Source: a virus
Lineage: Duplodnaviria > Caudoviricetes
DNA: 64,000 nt
Reading direction: 5' to 3' (one strand)
Virus record (IMG/VR): IMGVR_UViG_3300025030_000042
In this document: in pieces, positions 1 through 8,847 of the stretch
Layout of the letters: each line of letters opens with the position of its first letter
How positions within the stretch are numbered: the first letter of the stretch is position 1
Program-made: the position numbers and the translations under genes
Notes under the pieces: generated by a model
The model's input: the letters and a program-made list of their open reading frames with translations, nothing else
The model's database searches: none
What the model was told of the DNA's origin: nothing

Positions 1-155
1 ATCTCTATTTCATCCACTACATTTTTAATCCAAAAAACCCTATAAAACCAATCCGGATAATTTATCAATTTTTAATATAACTCCAGGATTCTTTTTTTAT
101 CCGAATACCAATAAACCAAATCACCGATCTTAAACTTTGTTTTTTCTATTTTCAT
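1..155 (-). pseudogene. Frameshifted member of the small KVGDL paralogue family (3' end runs off the window)
   Basis: Hand translation from ATG 155 gives MKIEKTKFKIGDLVYWYSDKK, then a stop. The family middle motif NPGVILK is in another frame between an A7 and an A5 run. YPDWFYRVFWIK resumes in the original frame. Confidence 0.6.
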
Positions 156-169
156 CAATACTTATCTTT

Positions 170-388
170 ATGAACACCGAACAAAAACTTCAATATAATA
201 AAGAATCATCAAAAAAATATGGTTGGACTCCAGAGTGGTTGAGTGAATATGGTTTTACCGTTTCTCTTATCAAGAGCATCGAAGACTTTCAGCAAGAACA
301 AAGTCTACCTATTGACGGTCTTGTCGGTCCCAACACATATAGACGATTATACACACATAAACAGTTTTGTCAAGCGCCAAGTTTTTAA
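170..388 (+). CDS. Stand-alone peptidoglycan-binding domain; truncated paralogue of the endolysin N-terminus
   Basis: MNTEQKLQYNKESSKKYGWTPEW...DGLVGPNTY is nearly colinear with residues 1-62 of the 1007 ORF. DG.VGP.T is a PG-binding motif. ATG at 170. Confidence 0.7.
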   Translation: MNTEQKLQYNKESSKKYGWTPEWLSEYGFTVSLIKSIEDFQQEQSLPIDGLVGPNTYRRLYTHKQFCQAPSF

Positions 389-909
389 AGAATAAGTTTA
401 TTTCCTTTACAAATATTTTCTCTTGAATCCAATGGTCGTAAATTTTGTAATGACCAACATTTTTGAAACTCTTCTTCATCTAAAGATATAAAATTAAAAA
501 ATGATTGTGGAATAATATGATCTATGTTCCAAAATTTTTTATCATCAGAAGATTTTGAATTTCCGTAATTTTCCCAAGACATCCAATCTTCAAATTGTGA
601 TTCAAGATGTTCTTTTAGTTGCTCAATAGTGTAAGGAAGATATTTCATTATTGAAGAATTTTTTCCACTACATCTTTTTCTCAAATAATCTCTAATTGCA
701 CAAGAAATAACATTCCTTAAACGAAAATTTGGATCGTTTTTTCGTTTTTCATAAAATCTTTTTTTAACCAATTTTCTTTTTTCAGATCTATAATATTCAT
801 TACAACATTTTTTACAGTGTGTTCGCTTACCATCTTTTCTATGACTATCTTTTGTAAATTCCTCTAAAAACTTTCTTTCTTTACATTTAGAACATCGTTT
901 AGTTTCCAT
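385..909 (-). CDS. HNH endonuclease with N-terminal zinc ribbon (free-standing homing endonuclease type)
   Basis: CSKC...CKKC zinc ribbon and NIDHIIP...LQNLRPLDSRENICKGNK HNH motif. Start is ATG 909 (or 918), downstream of an AAGGGGGG RBS. Confidence 0.85.
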   Translation of the reverse strand: METKRCSKCKERKFLEEFTKDSHRKDGKRTHCKKCCNEYYRSEKRKLVKKRFYEKRKNDPNFRLRNVISCAIRDYLRKRCSGKNSSIMKYLPYTIEQLKEHLESQFEDWMSWENYGNSKSSDDKKFWNIDHIIPQSFFNFISLDEEEFQKCWSLQNLRPLDSRENICKGNKLIL

Positions 910-947
910 AAATAGCATCCCCCCTTGAAATAAATAGGATGCTATTT
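910..947 (-). promoter_or_regulatory. 11-bp perfect inverted repeat overlapping the HNH translation initiation region
   Basis: AAATAGCATCC (910-920) and GGATGCTATTT (937-947), 16-nt loop. A CTATTTA motif lies at the 5' arm/loop junction on the minus strand. Confidence 0.65.
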
Positions 948-974
948 TGTTTTATTATAATATAAAAATAAAAC

Positions 975-981
975 CTATTTA
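975..981 (+). promoter_or_regulatory. Candidate late promoter motif CTATTTA upstream of the endolysin
   Basis: The same motif, in gene-sense orientation, precedes several structural genes. Confidence 0.5.
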
Positions 982-1006
982 ATTATATACTAGGAGACTT
1001 ATATCA

Positions 1007-1882
1007 ATGACCATCGAACAAAAAATTCAATATAACAAAGAATCATCCAAAAAATATGGGTGGTCCCCAGAATGGTTAAACGAAATAGGATTTACTCTTT
1101 CGCTTATAAAATCAATAGAAAATTTTCAAAATCAAAATTTTCTTTCTGTTGATGGTTTAGTTGGACCAAACACATATAGAAAACTATATACCAACCACCA
1201 AACAACTGAATTAAAAATAAATCAAACAATTATTGTCAATAATAAAAATATTCCTATTACTTGGAATAAAGTAATCAATTTGCAAGATGTTGGTTCTTTA
1301 TTGTTGCCGAAATCTTGTTATAAGAAATCGTGGACAAAACGAAAAGTATCGCAATTTGTTATTCATTGGGACAGCACTTTCAGTTCTCATCATTGTTATA
1401 ACATTCTCAAGAAAAGAGGCTTATCGGTTCATTTTGAAATAGATAACGATGGAACAATATACCAGTTTGTTGATACCAATCATATTTGTTGGCACGCTCC
1501 GGATAGTAACTATGTTTCCGTTGGCGTTGAAATGTCAAATGCGGTTTATCCGTTAAAATATCAAGACTGGTATGACAAAAACGGATTTGGAAAGCGACCG
1601 ATATTGACTGGTGTTAAATGTCATAAAACTATTTATCCGCCCTTTCTTGGGTTCTATCCAATCCAGATTGAAGCATTGAAAGCACTACTAAAAACGGTTT
1701 GCTCTCATTATAGCATACCACTTCAAGTTCCATTGGATCCGAGCGGCAACCTAATAAATACAGTATATCCTCCAGCAGAACAACTTCAATGGTCCGGCAT
1801 TCTTGCTCATTATCACCTTTCTTATAAAAAATGGGATGTTGCGGGATTGGATTTAAAACAAGTCGTTTCGGAAATTAAATAA
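1007..1882 (+). CDS. Endolysin: PG-binding domain plus N-acetylmuramoyl-L-alanine amidase (Amidase_2)
   Basis: FVIHWD, SVHFEI, WHA, SVGVE and AHY..KWD zinc-amidase motifs. AGGAG RBS. Confidence 0.9.
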   Translation: MTIEQKIQYNKESSKKYGWSPEWLNEIGFTLSLIKSIENFQNQNFLSVDGLVGPNTYRKLYTNHQTTELKINQTIIVNNKNIPITWNKVINLQDVGSLLLPKSCYKKSWTKRKVSQFVIHWDSTFSSHHCYNILKKRGLSVHFEIDNDGTIYQFVDTNHICWHAPDSNYVSVGVEMSNAVYPLKYQDWYDKNGFGKRPILTGVKCHKTIYPPFLGFYPIQIEALKALLKTVCSHYSIPLQVPLDPSGNLINTVYPPAEQLQWSGILAHYHLSYKKWDVAGLDLKQVVSEIK

Positions 1883-1884
1883 AT

Positions 1885-2082
1885 TCATTTATTTAACTTT
1901 ATAGCGGCACATATATTAACTCTATACTTCTCCAATATCTTGCGAGAAAGACAGGTTTCTTTTGATGCTGGAACAACAACTCTGATCCAATAATCACCTT
2001 TGTTAGAAATTTTCACGACAATGCCGATATTGCCGGCATATGATTTGATGAGATCACCTATCTTAATATCATCTTTATTCAT
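1885..2082 (-). CDS. Small KVGDL-family protein
   Basis: IKIGDLIK...IGIVVKI motif. Confidence 0.7.
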   Translation of the reverse strand: MNKDDIKIGDLIKSYAGNIGIVVKISNKGDYWIRVVVPASKETCLSRKILEKYRVNICAAIKLNK

Positions 2083-2275
2083 TTAACTTAATGAGTCTTT
2101 TTTCAAAATCGAATGTTTTCTCAAAAACATTGTAACTGCTATCATTACCCTTAACAACAACAATATAATGATACTTTGTCATATCAAGTTCTGGAACGAT
2201 TTTTATTATTATTCCAATACTTCCGGCGATTGTATTTCTTATGAGATCGCCAACTTTAATAATGGATTTCGGCAT
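2075..2275 (-). CDS. Small KVGDL-family protein
   Basis: IKVGDLIR...IGIIIKI. Likely start is MPKS at 2275. Overlaps the next gene. Confidence 0.7.
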   Translation of the reverse strand: MPKSIIKVGDLIRNTIAGSIGIIIKIVPELDMTKYHYIVVVKGNDSSYNVFEKTFDFEKRLIKLNE

Positions 2276-2431
2276 TTTGATCATCCATCAAATATTCATC
2301 CCAATCGTAATAACAAGTTTTGCTTTCAAGTGGATGATTCGAAACATATTTTTTTAAAGAATCCAATGTCGAAAATGGTCCGATAATATATCGACCTTCG
2401 TGATGTTCTACCAAAACCAGAATCCATATTT

Positions 2432-2890
2432 TCATTGTTTACTCTTTTGTTCCAAATACTTCTTATACTCAGCGCATGTTCTGCGGTTATGACCTTTTTC
2501 GCAACAAAACTGGCAAATATAAGTTCTTCCACTCTTCTTTTTAATATTTTGTTTTTGTTTACTTTTGCCGCCGGTGCGAACCTTTCGTTCCGTTCGCAAA
2601 TGTTGATTAATTTTGGTCTTGACCGAATCGGATGTGGACGAATATTCAATCAACGGATAAGGAAAACTGTTCAACCACTTATCCCACTCTTCTTCGGACT
2701 TGAAAGTTTTGCTCCAGATAACAAAATAGTTTTCTGATTTTGTATGTTTACCATCACCAGAGTTTCTCCAACCTTCCATATATAATTTGAGTTTATTTCC
2801 ATTCTTTAAATCAATATTTTCGGTTTGAACACGATAAAGATATTCTTCAACATTACCCGTTCTTATTCTCCAAGCGCTGGCCTCAATCAT
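2432..2890 (-). CDS. Hypothetical protein with C-terminal CCHC zinc knuckle
   Basis: CQFCCEKGHNRRTC matches C-x2-C-x4-H-x4-C, preceded by a basic linker. Confidence 0.7.
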   Translation of the reverse strand: MIEASAWRIRTGNVEEYLYRVQTENIDLKNGNKLKLYMEGWRNSGDGKHTKSENYFVIWSKTFKSEEEWDKWLNSFPYPLIEYSSTSDSVKTKINQHLRTERKVRTGGKSKQKQNIKKKSGRTYICQFCCEKGHNRRTCAEYKKYLEQKSKQ

Positions 2891-3131
2891 TTGATTCTCC
2901 CATTTTAATTAAAATAATATTCAGAAGACTGTTGCTCGCAAAATAATCAAATATATTATAATGTTTTGTTTTTATTTTGGGAAAAACATAATAATGATTT
3001 ACTGGAATTGAATTCCCAACTCCTTTTTCTATTTTATATATAAACTTTATTCCATTTTCAAAATCTATATCTTTTATTTGAATCAAATCCCCTATTTTAA
3101 AATAATAACTATTCGATGATATTTTTTTCAT
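2883..3131 (-). CDS. Small KVGDL-family protein
   Basis: YFKIGDLIQI. Likely start is MKKISS at 3131. Confidence 0.6.
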   Translation of the reverse strand: MKKISSNSYYFKIGDLIQIKDIDFENGIKFIYKIEKGVGNSIPVNHYYVFPKIKTKHYNIFDYFASNSLLNIILIKMGESND

Positions 3132-3471
3132 ATTGTCTCGCCCAAGCAACCGCATCATTCCAAGTGTTAGGTCTGTTTGAACTTACACCCATTATTTCAT
3201 ATAAAACACCAAGACGATTGATGGACATTTGTTGCCAGTTGCTCAACATTATTTCGTCACCAAGCGATACTTTATCAACTTCTTCTTCGGATAGATTTTG
3301 ATACTTTTTTTGAATCCCGGATTCGATCGACCAAGAAACTTTCTCCAACATTGCTATTGACGCATAAAGAATGTTGTTGGTAACTTTTACAATACGATAG
3401 TATCCCAGAAATTTTTGAAGAATGGCGTAGACAAAAGCCCCGCCGGCAAACCATAGAAAAGAAGTGAGCAT
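3109..3471 (-). CDS. Hypothetical protein with N-terminal transmembrane helix
   Basis: Hydrophobic N-terminus, GGAG RBS, promoter immediately upstream. Confidence 0.7.
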   Translation of the reverse strand: MLTSFLWFAGGAFVYAILQKFLGYYRIVKVTNNILYASIAMLEKVSWSIESGIQKKYQNLSEEEVDKVSLGDEIMLSNWQQMSINRLGVLYEIMGVSSNRPNTWNDAVAWARQYEKNIIE

Positions 3472-3512
3472 AAATATCTCCTGTCAAGAAAAAGTTGCTT
3501 ACCTATGATCTG

Positions 3513-3540
3513 ATTGTAACACACGAAGAGCACGTGTCAA
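3513..3540 (-). promoter_or_regulatory. Sigma70-type promoter TTGACA-N16-TACAAT (extended TGn -10)
   Basis: Read directly on the minus strand, upstream of the 3471 gene. Confidence 0.6.
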
Positions 3541-3564
3541 GAAAATATTTTATAAAGATTTCAA

Positions 3565-4188
3565 CTACTTGTGGGCAACAGACTGTATAACTTCACGATA
3601 TATGGAAGAAGCATCGTTGTTTAATATATCGCGAAACTTTCTTCTAACATAGGAACGAAATGGAAACATAAAGTAATAATCAGTTCTACAAAACTTATCA
3701 ACATATTTCTCAATATCGATCAAATCTTCTTCTATTCCACCGACAAAATGAACAAAATATATTGACATCTTAAAAGCTCTATATTCTAAATATGCTCTAC
3801 CTAAACTTGGAATTGGCGCCAGACACAAAAGAAACAAAAGAAACCACAAATTCCATATTGCCAATATTGAAAATATAGCCAATATTTGTGGAAATAAATA
3901 AACAAACTGAAATATTATTGGATATCTTTTTTGATCAGATATGTGAATATATTCGTGTGCTATTAGGGTACAAGTTGTTAGATTGTTTGTTCCATTTAAA
4001 ATGGAATCATAAACAGAACTTGAAAAATATATCTTTTTACCAATCGTGGTTGTATAAGAGTTTAAAAATCCCCTGTTGAAAAACAAAAGAACCGAAAGTA
4101 ACTTCATCAGTTTGCTTTCGGTTCGATCGATTATTTGAAAATCTGGATGTTTTTGTTTAATAAACTGGATTAAAGAATCGGATAGCAA
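3565..4188 (-). CDS. Putative membrane zinc metalloprotease-like protein
   Basis: AHEYIH (HExxH) followed by a hydrophobic TM hairpin and a distal E (YLEYRA). Confidence 0.6.
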   Translation of the reverse strand: MLSDSLIQFIKQKHPDFQIIDRTESKLMKLLSVLLFFNRGFLNSYTTTIGKKIYFSSSVYDSILNGTNNLTTCTLIAHEYIHISDQKRYPIIFQFVYLFPQILAIFSILAIWNLWFLLFLLCLAPIPSLGRAYLEYRAFKMSIYFVHFVGGIEEDLIDIEKYVDKFCRTDYYFMFPFRSYVRRKFRDILNNDASSIYREVIQSVAHK

Positions 4189-4197
4189 ATTAAAGTT

Positions 4198-4953
4198 TTA
4201 CTTTTTAGATTGCTTTTTCTTTGATTCCGAAAGAAGTCGTTCGGCAACTCGCTTGGCAATCATATTGATCGCTTCGTTTACTTTTGTGGATTTCTTCCAC
4301 TTTTGGCTCGCTTTGCCTTTATATGGATTCTTGGCTGATTCGTCGATTTCTTCGCCTTCACCAAGTTCAACAACTTCTTCAACGTATTCCGGTTTATCTT
4401 CCTCTTCTTCCTCGCCGCCTTCCATACCCTCTTCACCGCCTTCTGCGGGCGGTAACGGGGGCATCTCGTCGCCATCTGGCTCACCTGACGGCGCCATTTC
4501 TGCGCCCATATCGCCTTCAGCGGCAGGCGCCACACCAGCACCAGAAACATTTACGGAAACGCCAGAAACTTGCTGAATCGCATCGGCAATAGCGGAAACG
4601 AGATCGGCAACCATTGCTTCTTTTTCTGGATCGGGCTCGGCGTCGGGCATTTCTTCTGGCATTTCATCGCCCATGGGAGGCATTTCATCATCCGATCCCA
4701 TATCCATTTCGGTCAGTTCTTCTTGTTCTTCAACTGCGGTCTCTTCTTCCATCTTTACTTCTTTGCCACCACCAAAGGTTTCATTCATCAACCCACCAAT
4801 AGGTTGAATATTGGCAAGCTTCATGAAACGACGAATCGTCGCTTCATTTAGAAGTTCTTCTTTCTTGGTGTTTAGAACAAGCTTTTTAACCACTTTTGTC
4901 TTCGTTCCAGATCCAACCTTTTGAGAGGTTTTCTTGCTATTGTTATTACCCAT
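4198..4953 (-). CDS. Acidic low-complexity protein; probable prohead core/internal protein
   Basis: E/D/P/M-rich, multiple LxE motifs, IRRFMKLANI resembling the scaffold C-terminus IDRLMKLAGI, CTATTTA upstream. Confidence 0.55.
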   Translation of the reverse strand: MGNNNSKKTSQKVGSGTKTKVVKKLVLNTKKEELLNEATIRRFMKLANIQPIGGLMNETFGGGKEVKMEEETAVEEQEELTEMDMGSDDEMPPMGDEMPEEMPDAEPDPEKEAMVADLVSAIADAIQQVSGVSVNVSGAGVAPAAEGDMGAEMAPSGEPDGDEMPPLPPAEGGEEGMEGGEEEEEDKPEYVEEVVELGEGEEIDESAKNPYKGKASQKWKKSTKVNEAINMIAKRVAERLLSESKKKQSKK

Positions 4954-4994
4954 ATTTAAGAGTCTCCTTGAATAAATATATCTATCTCCTTCTT

Positions 4995-5001
4995 TAAATA
5001 G
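4995..5001 (-). promoter_or_regulatory. Candidate late promoter motif CTATTTA
   Basis: TAAATAG on the + strand, upstream of the 4953 gene. Confidence 0.5.
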
Positions 5002-5012
5002 TTTGTTATTTT

Positions 5013-5666
5013 TTAAAAATCATCATCTTCTGGATTATTTTCAACAGATAATAGTTCTTCGTCTAATATATCAAAAATATTTTCTATTTCATCCGCAGAA
5101 AGCAAAGCAAACTTCTTTTTCATCATATTGCCTCGCTTTTTCATTCTTCTTTCAACATTTTGTTGTTGTTTTGAAAGCAATAACTTGGTAGAGTTTTGCG
5201 TTCTTTCGCATTCTACTTCTCTCAAAAAATTCATAACTCTTTCATCATTTTCCAAATACTTATCAACAAAATCTTTGAAAAAGTCTTTTATTTTTATTCC
5301 ATCGTGATTGAGTTTAATAAAAAGTTCCGCTCTTTTTTTGTCGGACTCTTTATAAAAATAACTTTTTTTTAATATATCCTTTACCGATCTAAAATCTTCT
5401 TGACCGTAATTGACTTCTCCTTCTTCTTTTAAAAGTTTATTTTCTAAAGAACGATTACTTTTTATTATTCTTCTTTCTTCTAAAACTGTTTTTTTTTCTT
5501 CTTCTGTAAGATTGTCCCAACCTTTTTCTATAAGTTCATCATAAACTGGATAATCTAATAAAATCTTTTCTTTCTTTTCCGGCGGGGCCTCAAACTTTTT
5601 TACCCACCACGGTTGATTTTTATAATCAATCGATCCGGAAATGGTGTTATTTTTCTTCTCTTCCAT
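5013..5666 (-). CDS. Hypothetical protein
   Basis: 217-aa ORF translationally coupled to the upstream gene. Confidence 0.75.
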   Translation of the reverse strand: MEEKKNNTISGSIDYKNQPWWVKKFEAPPEKKEKILLDYPVYDELIEKGWDNLTEEEKKTVLEERRIIKSNRSLENKLLKEEGEVNYGQEDFRSVKDILKKSYFYKESDKKRAELFIKLNHDGIKIKDFFKDFVDKYLENDERVMNFLREVECERTQNSTKLLLSKQQQNVERRMKKRGNMMKKKFALLSADEIENIFDILDEELLSVENNPEDDDF

Positions 5667-6694
5667 TATGCTTTTTCTAATATATGTGGACGACTTTCTT
5701 TTTGTCCCATTGCGGTTCGTTTCATAAAATCCGCCTTATGTTGAAGTTCTTTTATATTGAATGCCCCCGAATAAGATAATCCAGAACGAACACCACGACA
5801 AATATCTTCAATCACATCTTCAACACATCCTTTATAATCAACATAGGTTGAAATCCCCTCATCCGAAGAAAACTCACCTTTATATGATATTTGTGCGGTT
5901 TTAGATCCCATACCAGAATATACTTTACACAAACGATTATTGTGGGCTAGAATATCTCCGGGACATTGATCTGTGCCGGCGAGCATTGACCCAAGCATTA
6001 CAAAAGATCCGCCCGCTCCCAAAGCTTTGACGACATCTCCACTATTTTTACATCCACCATCAGCAATAATCGGAACGCCATATTGTTTTGAAATAGAACA
6101 GCAATCTACTATTGATTGAAATGTTGGTAAACCATGACCAGTTTGAACAGAAGTGCTACAGATTGAACCTGGAGATACTCCCACACGAATACTATTCGCA
6201 CCGGCTTGACACAAACCTTCAAAAGCATCCTCTGTAGCAACATTGCCGACCATCAAATGGAAGCGATCATTAAATCTATTTTTGATTTCAAATATTGCTT
6301 GTTCCATCAATATAGAATCGCCGTGGGCAACATCTAAACAAATAATATCAACATTATATTGTTCCAACACCTCTATTCTTTTTAGATAATCTCCAGTTAC
6401 TCCAACAGCAAAAGCAGTTAAAACATTGTGTTCATTCAGTTTTTTTATAATATCAACTTGTCTTTCTAATGTCATATAACGATGAACAATACCCAATCCA
6501 CCGACGCGAGACATTGCGAGTGCCATTTCAATTTCACAAATCGTGCTCATTGGACTGGCGATAATAGGAATAGAAAGATTGATGTTTCTTCCAAGATTTG
6601 AAGACAAATCAACATCTTTTCTACTTTTGACCATACTGTATTGTGGAACCAAAAGAACATCGTCATAACATAAGGCAGTTTTTATTTCATTCAT
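5666..6694 (-). CDS. IMP dehydrogenase / GMP reductase family enzyme (no CBS domains)
   Basis: YDDVLLVP, IIASPM, DVAHG, GNVAT, PGSICST (catalytic Cys), IADGG, VMLGSMLAG, YSGMGS. guaB versus guaC not resolved by eye. Confidence 0.9.
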   Translation of the reverse strand: MNEIKTALCYDDVLLVPQYSMVKSRKDVDLSSNLGRNINLSIPIIASPMSTICEIEMALAMSRVGGLGIVHRYMTLERQVDIIKKLNEHNVLTAFAVGVTGDYLKRIEVLEQYNVDIICLDVAHGDSILMEQAIFEIKNRFNDRFHLMVGNVATEDAFEGLCQAGANSIRVGVSPGSICSTSVQTGHGLPTFQSIVDCCSISKQYGVPIIADGGCKNSGDVVKALGAGGSFVMLGSMLAGTDQCPGDILAHNNRLCKVYSGMGSKTAQISYKGEFSSDEGISTYVDYKGCVEDVIEDICRGVRSGLSYSGAFNIKELQHKADFMKRTAMGQKESRPHILEKA

Positions 6695-6697
6695 ATT

Positions 6698-7189
6698 TTA
6701 TCTATCCAAAATTTCAAAATAAGGGGAATCATTGATACAAAGATTTCGACATCCGCTATCAAAAACAACCACCATTGAAGGAAATGGAGCAGAGTTTTTG
6801 CTATCGCCAAACTTCAATCGACCTTTGACAAAATATATTTTATATGCTTTCATACAATATTGATGAAAAGACTTCGTATCTGTTCTTGCCGGCAAAAGCA
6901 TTACTACTTTAGTATTCGGTTTAAGACTCTCCAAATATCCCTTCTCAACCCATCGCTTAAGATCTTTTCCGTAAGGCGGGTTATTATATATAACATTATT
7001 ACTCCAATCTTGTTTTAGCCCATCATCTTCAACGGTGTAAAACTTTGAACATTTGGCATTTTCTTTTGTTGACGCCGGATCCAAAGTAAATGGACCGAAC
7101 ATAGTATTTAGTTTGTTATAAAAACCTTGTGGTGTAGCCCATTCGTTATCTTTGGAGGAAAATAAAACTTCTTGTGTTTTTTTGTTCAT
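6698..7189 (-). CDS. Phage DNA N6-adenine methyltransferase (Dam-like)
   Basis: EWATPQ, FTLDPAS, NPPY, LLPARTDT, GRLKFG, APFPS. Confidence 0.9.
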   Translation of the reverse strand: MNKKTQEVLFSSKDNEWATPQGFYNKLNTMFGPFTLDPASTKENAKCSKFYTVEDDGLKQDWSNNVIYNNPPYGKDLKRWVEKGYLESLKPNTKVVMLLPARTDTKSFHQYCMKAYKIYFVKGRLKFGDSKNSAPFPSMVVVFDSGCRNLCINDSPYFEILDR

Positions 7190-7190
7190 T

Positions 7191-7748
7191 TTATTTTTCC
7201 AAATTTAATAAATCTATATCAGATTCTACTTCATTACCCCAAACATCCCAACCATCTGATTTATTACGAGCAAATAACTCAATGCGAGGTAAATCACCAC
7301 ACAAATCTATAATTCTTTTTTTAACTTCTTCTGGTTTTTTACTATGAGATTCTATAGGGGTATCAACAATAGAATGAACTCCACAATTTATCCTTTTTGG
7401 TTTTCCTTTCGTAGCGATCAAACAAAGTTCAGCGTTTGCTCTTGTCCATCTTCCCATACCCCAAAACCAACTTGGTGCTTTTTTATTTCTTTTTACCCAA
7501 GTAAATCCAACAGTTTTATATTCAAATCCCCATTGAGAAATAACTGACCAACATTCATTCAACTTTGGCATTGTTACCCATAAAAATAAAATACTATCAT
7601 CTGTTGAAATGTCTTTTACTGGAAGATTACAAATCCAGTTATTGGATTGTGTGTTATATTTACAACCAGCACCTCTATTTCCCGATAATGCTTTATCTTT
7701 ATATTCCCACGGAGGATCGGCATATATAATATTATATTTTTTATTCAT
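7191..7748 (-). CDS. MT-A70 family adenine methyltransferase
   Basis: IIYADPPW, LFLWVT, WGFEYKT, HSKKP, RIELFAR. Real start is ATG 7748, just after the dUTPase stop. Confidence 0.9.
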   Translation of the reverse strand: MNKKYNIIYADPPWEYKDKALSGNRGAGCKYNTQSNNWICNLPVKDISTDDSILFLWVTMPKLNECWSVISQWGFEYKTVGFTWVKRNKKAPSWFWGMGRWTRANAELCLIATKGKPKRINCGVHSIVDTPIESHSKKPEEVKKRIIDLCGDLPRIELFARNKSDGWDVWGNEVESDIDLLNLEK

Positions 7749-7749
7749 T

Positions 7750-8241
7750 TTAATCTCCCGTTGTCCCGAACCCGCCTCTCGTGGCTCTATTTGATTCTTG
7801 AAGTTCTTCCAACGGCATTTCGCAAATATCAGGTTGTAACAATGGTCGCAAAATAAGTTGGGCAATACGAGAATGTTTTTTTAATGTAATGGCATTCAAA
7901 TAATAAGAATCTTCTGATAATACATTTAGTAATGGAATCTTGATTTCGTCGGCGGGGCCGCAAAAATCAAAATCCAAAACGCCTACGCCATTTACCTGAA
8001 CAAGTCCGGGATTTTTTATTGGCGTGCTCGATCTCAAACACAACTCATACCAATATCCCATCGGCGGTTTTACGACAATGCCGGTTCTTGCCAATACTAC
8101 TTGCCTTGGTGGAATAAAAGTATCTTCCAACAAATATAGATCACAACCAGACGATTGCGGAGTCCCATAAGTCGGAATGATTGCGTCTGGATGGATTCTT
8201 GTAAAATATGATTTGGCACGACCTTTATTTGTGTTTGTCAT
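7750..8241 (-). CDS. dut: Trimeric dUTPase
   Basis: SGCDL, RSS, GVLDFDFCG, RIAQL, RGGFGTTG motifs. Likely start 8241. Confidence 0.9.
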   Translation of the reverse strand: MTNTNKGRAKSYFTRIHPDAIIPTYGTPQSSGCDLYLLEDTFIPPRQVVLARTGIVVKPPMGYWYELCLRSSTPIKNPGLVQVNGVGVLDFDFCGPADEIKIPLLNVLSEDSYYLNAITLKKHSRIAQLILRPLLQPDICEMPLEELQESNRATRGGFGTTGD

Positions 8242-8245
8242 TATA

Positions 8246-8563
8246 TCACCACCACTCTTCATTATCTTTTTCTTCAACCCATTCTGCTCCATCGTATTCA
8301 CGAATTTTATAGGGTCCCGAAACGCTTTCCACCTCTAAATTCCCCAATCCCAACAAACAAACATAATTTTTATTATATTTCTCTTGTATTTCCTTAACCA
8401 TTTGTAAAACAACTGAGTGATTTTCTGTTAAAATCTCTCCTTTTTCAACAAGTTCAATAATCGGTTCATATTCCGCCATAAACTTCCCAACGCCTTCATT
8501 ATTCCAAGACGACCATCCCGCGCCATATCCTCTTGATATTAATACTTTTTTCATTTCAACCAC
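8246..8563 (-). CDS. Hypothetical phage protein
   Basis: ORF in tight operon with GYGAGWSSW and EYDGAEWV motifs. Confidence 0.7.
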   Translation of the reverse strand: MVEMKKVLISRGYGAGWSSWNNEGVGKFMAEYEPIIELVEKGEILTENHSVVLQMVKEIQEKYNKNYVCLLGLGNLEVESVSGPYKIREYDGAEWVEEKDNEEWW

Positions 8564-8834
8564 CTGTTCCAGAAGGAAAAAATTTACAGTGTCTACATTC
8601 CGAACAAAAACAAGGATTTTCGGGTTTACATTGTTCCAACAAATCTAAATCTATAACCTCTTTTTCAAATGCCTTTTTATAATATTCAAAATCACTTTTG
8701 AGTTCTTCCAAAAATTCCCCACCAATACCCACAGAATCTTCTGTCCACGATTCTATCTTACCTTCTTCATCATAATAAACTTCTCGGATAGAATAAAAAC
8801 CATCTATTTTTGTTATTCTATAGTTCCAAGTCAT
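8556..8834 (-). CDS. Hypothetical phage protein
   Basis: MTWNYRI...IREVYYDE. AGGAG RBS before ATG 8834. C-terminal Cys cluster. Confidence 0.7.
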   Translation of the reverse strand: MTWNYRITKIDGFYSIREVYYDEEGKIESWTEDSVGIGGEFLEELKSDFEYYKKAFEKEVIDLDLLEQCKPENPCFCSECRHCKFFPSGTGG

Positions 8835-8847
8835 TTTGAATCTCCTG

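Noticed and set aside
4253-4851. Several long + strand ORFs over the acidic gene (likewise 59848-60411 and those over sheath, capsid and LamG)
   Set aside because: These are antisense shadows of low-complexity or codon-biased minus-strand genes, with no RBS or motifs.
7749-7865. Long N-terminal extensions in the ORF track (7865, 8301, 43585-44226, 44112, 53498)
   Set aside because: They overlap upstream genes. Downstream ATGs with an RBS or stop/start coupling fit better.
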